A stretch of DNA of 64,000 nt from NCBI GenBank assembly GCA_965208835.1, contig OZ242358.1:3360001-3424000 (forward strand), given 5' to 3'. The notes below the pieces were generated by a model. The model did not search any database and had not been told where the DNA came from. It worked only from the letters and a program-made list of their open reading frames with translations. The stretch's first letter is position 1, and every line of letters begins with the position of its first letter. Both the position numbers and the translations under genes were made by a program. This document shows positions 59,129 through 64,000 of the stretch, one piece after another. This DNA comes from Candidatus Latescibacterota bacterium (GTDB taxonomy: Bacteria > Latescibacterota > UBA2968 > GCA-2709665).

Positions 59129-59512
59129 TTATTTGGCGCGAACACCCCGCCGCTGTTCGCCTTCTTTGCAGGGCACGCACAACCTGGTTGTGGGAACGGC
59201 TTCCAGACGCGCTTTCGGGATCGGCTTTTCGCAGATCCTGCATGCTCCAAACGTCCCGCGCTTTATGCGCTCGAGCGCGTCCTCCAACTGTGCCAGATAC
59301 GCGCCGTCCCGGGAAGCGAAGAGGAACGCCTTCTCCCGCTCGATCGAATCGCTGCCCAGTTCCGGCATGTGATCCGAGTAAATCTGCCCGCCCGATGCCT
59401 CTTCGGAGGTTGCATGCATGGATCGCTGCTCGAGCATCCCCAGATCCTGAACGATGGACAACCGCTTTCTTTCCAGGATCTCCTGGAAGTATTTCAGATC
59501 TTTCTCGTTCAT
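59129..59512 (-). CDS. TraR/DksA C4 zinc-finger protein
   Basis: ALERIKRGTFGACRICEKPIPKARLEAVP..RLCVPC. Confidence 0.9.
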   Translation of the reverse strand: MNEKDLKYFQEILERKRLSIVQDLGMLEQRSMHATSEEASGGQIYSDHMPELGSDSIEREKAFLFASRDGAYLAQLEDALERIKRGTFGACRICEKPIPKARLEAVPTTRLCVPCKEGEQRRGVRAK

Positions 59513-59581
59513 CGTCCTCTCCGCCTGTCTATTCAAAACGCGCGCACGAGCCGGACGCCGCCGCCCTCTTGCGTGCGTTAG

Positions 59582-59710
59582 CAGTCCGTTGAACAAGCCG
59601 CTCTGCAGGCGAGGTATGCTGTCCCGTACAGCGATTCGGCGAGGGAGCGTAACGCAGAATTCCGACCGCAAGGACCGGCCGTAGCCCGGATGGGCTTCTT
59701 CGACGGGCCG
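59582..59710. mobile_element. MITE family B, short diverged variant
   Basis: cagtccgttg ... cgacgggccg ends and shared body. Confidence 0.75.
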
Positions 59711-59743
59711 TCAGGCCCGGAGCGTATCATTCCTGAGAGAATT

Positions 59744-62700
59744 TCAATTGCGTGAAACGCCGATCTTGCCGCGCAGCCCGTTCACCTGCCACTCCCTGGT
59801 AAACTGGCAGGAAACCGGCAGTTGACCCACAAGCAAATCCTGTGCGAGCGTCTCGCCGCTGACGTATGCACGATAGCGGTCAACCGCACGCTCCAGACTG
59901 CCCTCTCCCGTTACGCCAACGTGAATGCGGTCGACAACCTGCAAACCCATCTCCTTGCGCATATTCTGTACCCGGTTGACGAATTCGCGCGCCGTACACT
60001 CGTCGATCAGTTCATCGTCGAGGTGAACGTCCAGCCCTACGCACAGGTTGTTCTCGACGGCCACAACCACGTCGTCTTTCTCCCGCCGCTGGACTTCCAG
60101 GTCCTCAAGAGCGATTTCACCTCCCGCAACCGCGAGCGTTTCCCCCGTACGCAGGCGTTCGATATCCCCGGGGGCCAATTCCTCGATGCGACCTGCCACC
60201 TCGTTCATGCGTCTTCCGAAACGCGGCCCCAGCGCCCTGAAGTTGGGTCTGTATGAGATTTCGCTCAACTCGGTCTCATCCTCCACGAACACGACCTCTT
60301 TGATATTCAGCTCTTCGGCGATCAGACCCTGCATTGACGTCAGCGCTTCGCGTCCGTCGGTATCCGGCGGAAGCAGGTAGACCCGCCGCAACGGTTGACG
60401 CACTTTGAGATCGTGACGGTTGCGAAGCGACCGGCCCAGAGCGACCGCGCGCATCGCCAGATGCATCTGCGCCTCGAGTTCGGGGTCCCGCAACGCCTCG
60501 TCGGCCTGCGGCATATCGCACAGGTGGACGCTTTCGGGGGCCTCCCTGTCCGCCCTTCTGACCAGATTCTGATAGATACTCTCGGTCACAAACGGCAGCA
60601 CCGGCGCCATCGCCTTGACCAGCGTAACCAGCACCTCGTAGAGCGTCTCGTAGACTGCCGCCTTGTCCCCGTCGTCTTCCGACTTCCAGAAGCGGCGGCG
60701 GCTGCGGCGGATGTACCAGTTCGTCAGCTTCTCCACAAACGAAACCATGACCGGCACGGTCCTGTACAGCCGGTATGCGGCCATCTCGGCATTCATTTCG
60801 TGCAACAGCGTCTGCAATTCCGAGAGGATCCAGCGGTCCAGTTCGTGCGTGCGCGCCGCCCCGGCGGCACTGGCAGGCGTCCAGCCGTCGATATTGGCAT
60901 AGGTGACGAAGATTCCGCCGTACGCATTCCAAAGCGGAATGATGACCGAACGAAGACTCTCCTGTATTCCCCGTTCGCTGATTCTCAACTCTTCGGCCTT
61001 CAGCGCCGGCGAGTTCAGCAGATACAGCCTCAATGCGTCAGCGCCGTACGCGTCGAGCATTTCCGTGGGTTCCGGATAGTTCTTCAACCGCTTGCTCATC
61101 TTGCGTCCGTCCTCTGCAAGCAGCATACCGGAAACAATGCAATTCCTGAACGCAGGCTCCTGAAACAGCGCCGCGGCGAGGACCGTCAATGTATAAAACC
61201 AGCCCCGGGTCTGATCCAGCCCTTCGGAAATGAAATCGGCCGGGAAATTGGCCTCGAAAAACGACCGGTTCTCGAACGGATAATGTGTCTGGGCATAGGG
61301 CATCGAACCGGACTCGAACCAGCAATCCAGAACCTCGGGAACGCGCTTCAACATGCCTCTTCCGGTGGGGCTGGGGATCTCGATGTGGTCGATCAGATGC
61401 TTGTGCAGGTCCTCCACCTTCTGCCCGCTCAAACGCTCCAGTTCTTCACGGCTTCCGACGCAGATCGTCTCCTTCGTGTCCTCGTTGCGCCATACGGGCA
61501 GCGGCGTGCCCCAATAACGGTTCCGGCTGATCGCCCAGTCGCGCGCATCCTCCAGCCAGCGGCCGAACCGTCCGTCCTTGATATGTTCCGGCACCCACCG
61601 GACTCGCTGATTCGAGGCGATCATCTTGTCCTTGATGGGTTCGATGGCCACGAACCAGGTAGAGATTGCGCGGTAAATCAGAGGAGAATCGCACCGCCAG
61701 CAGTACGGGTAACTGTGAACCAGCGTACCCTCGGAAAAAAGGAGACCATCCGTTCGCAACCGCCGCACGATCTCGCGATCGACATTCTTTACGAACTGTC
61801 CTCTATATTCTGGTATTGCATCTGTAAACGCGCAATCCTCGTCAATCGGACACACAACCGGGATGCCCTTCTCAACACCCAGTTGATAGTCATCTTCACC
61901 GAAACCGGGAGCGACGTGTACGATCCCGGTACCGTCGTCGGTGGACACGAAATCGGCCGCAACCACGCGAAACGCGCCCTTGTTCCCAAGATCCGAAAAA
62001 TGGCGGAACAGCGGCTCGTAACGCATTTCCAGCAGCGCCGCGACCGGCTCCTTCTCCACCCGCACCACCTCCCCGTTGCGTCTGCCGAACAGGGAGTCGA
62101 ATCGCGGTTCCGCAAGGATCAACTGTTCTCCATTTTCCATGTGAACGCGTACGTACGGGATGTCGTCACCGACGGCAAGCGCCATGTTTGAAGGCAGCGT
62201 CCACGGTGTGGTCGTCCAGGCCAGAATCGACGTATTCTCCTGTCCCCGAACGCGGAATCGCACCGTGATGGAAGGATCCTGGGTATCCCGGTATCCTCCG
62301 AGATTCACCTCGAAATTAGAGAGCGGCGTGGCACACCTGGGGCAGTATGCGAGCGAATAGTATCCCTCATACACCAGGTCCTTGTCCCACAAGCTCTTGA
62401 ACACCCACCATACGGACTCCATGAAGTCCGTATCCATCGTCCGGTACTGGTGGTCCCAGTCCACCCACCGCCCGCACCTCTGGATGACCTGCTTCCACTC
62501 CGCCGTGTACTGCAGCACCTGTTCACGGCAGAACTCGTTGAACCGATCCACGCCGAATGCGAGGATGTCTTTCCTGGACTTCAGGCCCAGTTGCCTCTCG
62601 GCCTCGTTCTCCACCGGCAGCCCGTGACAGTCCCAGCCGAAACGCCTGTCCACCCGGTATCCGCGCATCGTCCAGTACCGAGGTACGACGTCCTTGATAA

Positions 62701-62914
62701 TCGACGCCAGCAGATGCCCGTAATGCGGAAGCCCGCTGGCGAATGGCGGACCGTCATTGAAGATGAACGAATTGGATTCCGGTCGGGTTGTCACCGACTT
62801 CGCAAACGTGCGGTTTTCCTCCCAGAACCGAAGGATCTCCTTCTCCATTCCAGGAAAATCCATCCCGCCGGAAACGTCTTCAAATACCCTGTCTGTCTCT
62901 TTAACCGTCGACAT
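59744..62914 (-). CDS. ileS: isoleucyl-tRNA synthetase (type 2)
   Basis: DGPPFASGLPHYGH, GWDCHGLP, SRNRYWGTP, DQTRGWF, KMSKR. Confidence 0.97.
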   Translation of the reverse strand: MSTVKETDRVFEDVSGGMDFPGMEKEILRFWEENRTFAKSVTTRPESNSFIFNDGPPFASGLPHYGHLLASIIKDVVPRYWTMRGYRVDRRFGWDCHGLPVENEAERQLGLKSRKDILAFGVDRFNEFCREQVLQYTAEWKQVIQRCGRWVDWDHQYRTMDTDFMESVWWVFKSLWDKDLVYEGYYSLAYCPRCATPLSNFEVNLGGYRDTQDPSITVRFRVRGQENTSILAWTTTPWTLPSNMALAVGDDIPYVRVHMENGEQLILAEPRFDSLFGRRNGEVVRVEKEPVAALLEMRYEPLFRHFSDLGNKGAFRVVAADFVSTDDGTGIVHVAPGFGEDDYQLGVEKGIPVVCPIDEDCAFTDAIPEYRGQFVKNVDREIVRRLRTDGLLFSEGTLVHSYPYCWRCDSPLIYRAISTWFVAIEPIKDKMIASNQRVRWVPEHIKDGRFGRWLEDARDWAISRNRYWGTPLPVWRNEDTKETICVGSREELERLSGQKVEDLHKHLIDHIEIPSPTGRGMLKRVPEVLDCWFESGSMPYAQTHYPFENRSFFEANFPADFISEGLDQTRGWFYTLTVLAAALFQEPAFRNCIVSGMLLAEDGRKMSKRLKNYPEPTEMLDAYGADALRLYLLNSPALKAEELRISERGIQESLRSVIIPLWNAYGGIFVTYANIDGWTPASAAGAARTHELDRWILSELQTLLHEMNAEMAAYRLYRTVPVMVSFVEKLTNWYIRRSRRRFWKSEDDGDKAAVYETLYEVLVTLVKAMAPVLPFVTESIYQNLVRRADREAPESVHLCDMPQADEALRDPELEAQMHLAMRAVALGRSLRNRHDLKVRQPLRRVYLLPPDTDGREALTSMQGLIAEELNIKEVVFVEDETELSEISYRPNFRALGPRFGRRMNEVAGRIEELAPGDIERLRTGETLAVAGGEIALEDLEVQRREKDDVVVAVENNLCVGLDVHLDDELIDECTAREFVNRVQNMRKEMGLQVVDRIHVGVTGEGSLERAVDRYRAYVSGETLAQDLLVGQLPVSCQFTREWQVNGLRGKIGVSRN

Positions 62915-63064
62915 GATTGCTATTCGTCGTCAATGTTTTGCCTGAAATTGCGGATCATTGCCCGTCGTCGTCGATTCGATACGGGGACCGCGTCCGTCCC
63001 CGGTCCTGTCGCCCCGTAACGCAGAACGGTTCAGGCGGAAGTACTCTGCCGGGAGTCGCCGGTT

Positions 63065-63535
63065 TTATGGATCGGACTGACCATTCACCGCCGCGACGAT
63101 CCCATGCTCGTTCTCCCCCAACAAGGCCTTCTGCTCCGGCCACATCATCACCGGCAGCCGGTCGATCGGAAACCAGTCCACGACTTCGTGGTTCTCGAAG
63201 TCGGTGGGCACGACGTCCACCTGCTCGGTCCGATAAAGGAAATAATGCGTGGATTTCCATTCCGTCCGACGATAGTTCATCCGTGCCCGAACGCCCATCG
63301 GCCGGATCAACTCCAGTTCCGTAAACCCCGCTTCCTCCTCGATTTCCCGCCGGGCCGCCTCCTCGATCGACTCGCCCTTGTCCACGTGTCCCTTGGGGAG
63401 CGCATATTCCTCGTACGACTGCTCGCGAATCAGCGCCACCATCACCTGTCCGTCCTCGACCCTGACGACCACACCCCCCGCGGAAACGGCTTCCGGCACG
63501 CCGTCGGGTCTTCGGTACCATTGTTCGTCGATCAT
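63065..63535 (-). CDS. NUDIX hydrolase
   Basis: LPKGHVDKGESIEEAARREIEEEAG. Confidence 0.9.
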   Translation of the reverse strand: MIDEQWYRRPDGVPEAVSAGGVVVRVEDGQVMVALIREQSYEEYALPKGHVDKGESIEEAARREIEEEAGFTELELIRPMGVRARMNYRRTEWKSTHYFLYRTEQVDVVPTDFENHEVVDWFPIDRLPVMMWPEQKALLGENEHGIVAAVNGQSDP

Positions 63536-63999
63536 CCTGTCCCGTCCAGATAGTGTCCATAAAGGACGCTCAGCCGGTGCTTCGCCTCATCGGAAATGGC
63601 GCCGGGCGCCGTAATAATCGCATCCCGCGCCGCGCGGAAACACTCGCAGTCCGAAGATTCGGGCAGCAGCCCGGAAATCTCCTTCACCACCGCATTGGCC
63701 ATCCGTGTATTGGCCTTCAGGATGGCCAGTACGGACTCGATGTCGACATCGCCTTCCTGTTCGTGCCAGCAGTCGTAATCCGTGCCCATCGAAAGCACGG
63801 CGTAACACATTTCCGCCTCACGGGCCAGTTTGGCCTCCGGAAGCGCTGTCATCCCGATCACAGTGGCATCGGCGGCCCGGCGATAAAAGTGCGACTCCGC
63901 CCGGGTGGAAAACTGCGGTCCTTCCATGCAGACGTACGTGCCGCCCTCGTGGACAGCAGCACCTCTTGTCTTCGCCGCCCGGGCAATCAGGGCGCGCAT
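63532..63999 (-). CDS. mtnP: 5'-methylthioadenosine phosphorylase (partial, window edge)
   Basis: EGPQFSTRAES, GMTALPEAKLAREAE, TDYDCW. Confidence 0.92.
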   Translation of the reverse strand: MRALIARAAKTRGAAVHEGGTYVCMEGPQFSTRAESHFYRRAADATVIGMTALPEAKLAREAEMCYAVLSMGTDYDCWHEQEGDVDIESVLAILKANTRMANAVVKEISGLLPESSDCECFRAARDAIITAPGAISDEAKHRLSVLYGHYLDGTG

Positions 64000-64000
64000 T

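Noticed and set aside
49204-62191. Long plus-strand ORFs (689 aa, 598 aa and others)
   Set aside because: They are antisense shadows of GC-rich genes.
1-64000. CRISPR array, tRNA or rRNA
   Set aside because: No regularly spaced short repeats or recognisable RNA genes were seen.

Overview
GC-rich bacterial DNA in two parts. Lineage is inferred only; the gene mix resembles Latescibacterota/Poribacteria-like genomes. (1) About 1-33,600 is an accessory region of mostly minus-strand single genes: GNAT acetyltransferases, SAM methyltransferases, phosphotransferases including an APH(3')-like gene, a sulfotransferase, a PhyH dioxygenase, a UDG-like protein, an ankyrin protein and higBA. Many are separated by intact or decayed attC-like hairpins, but there is no integrase, so it reads as a decaying integron cassette array. 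It also holds three copies of a 118-bp attI-like element and two MITE families, with one MITE copy inserted in an attC core. (2) About 33,700-64,000 is core genome: a family-B DNA polymerase and a flippase, then a ~18-kb respiratory supercluster. The cluster encodes Rieske, split cytochrome b, an octaheme cytochrome c, an A1-type heme-copper oxidase lacking the K-channel lysine, heme A/O synthases, an ABC transporter, Sco and a divergent ferredoxin. It is followed by rluD-like, lspA, dksA-like, ileS, NUDIX and mtnP genes. The best leads are an N-terminal peptide motif shared by the Rieske protein (2 copies) and the ferredoxin, the K-less oxidase, and the multi-copy attI-like element.
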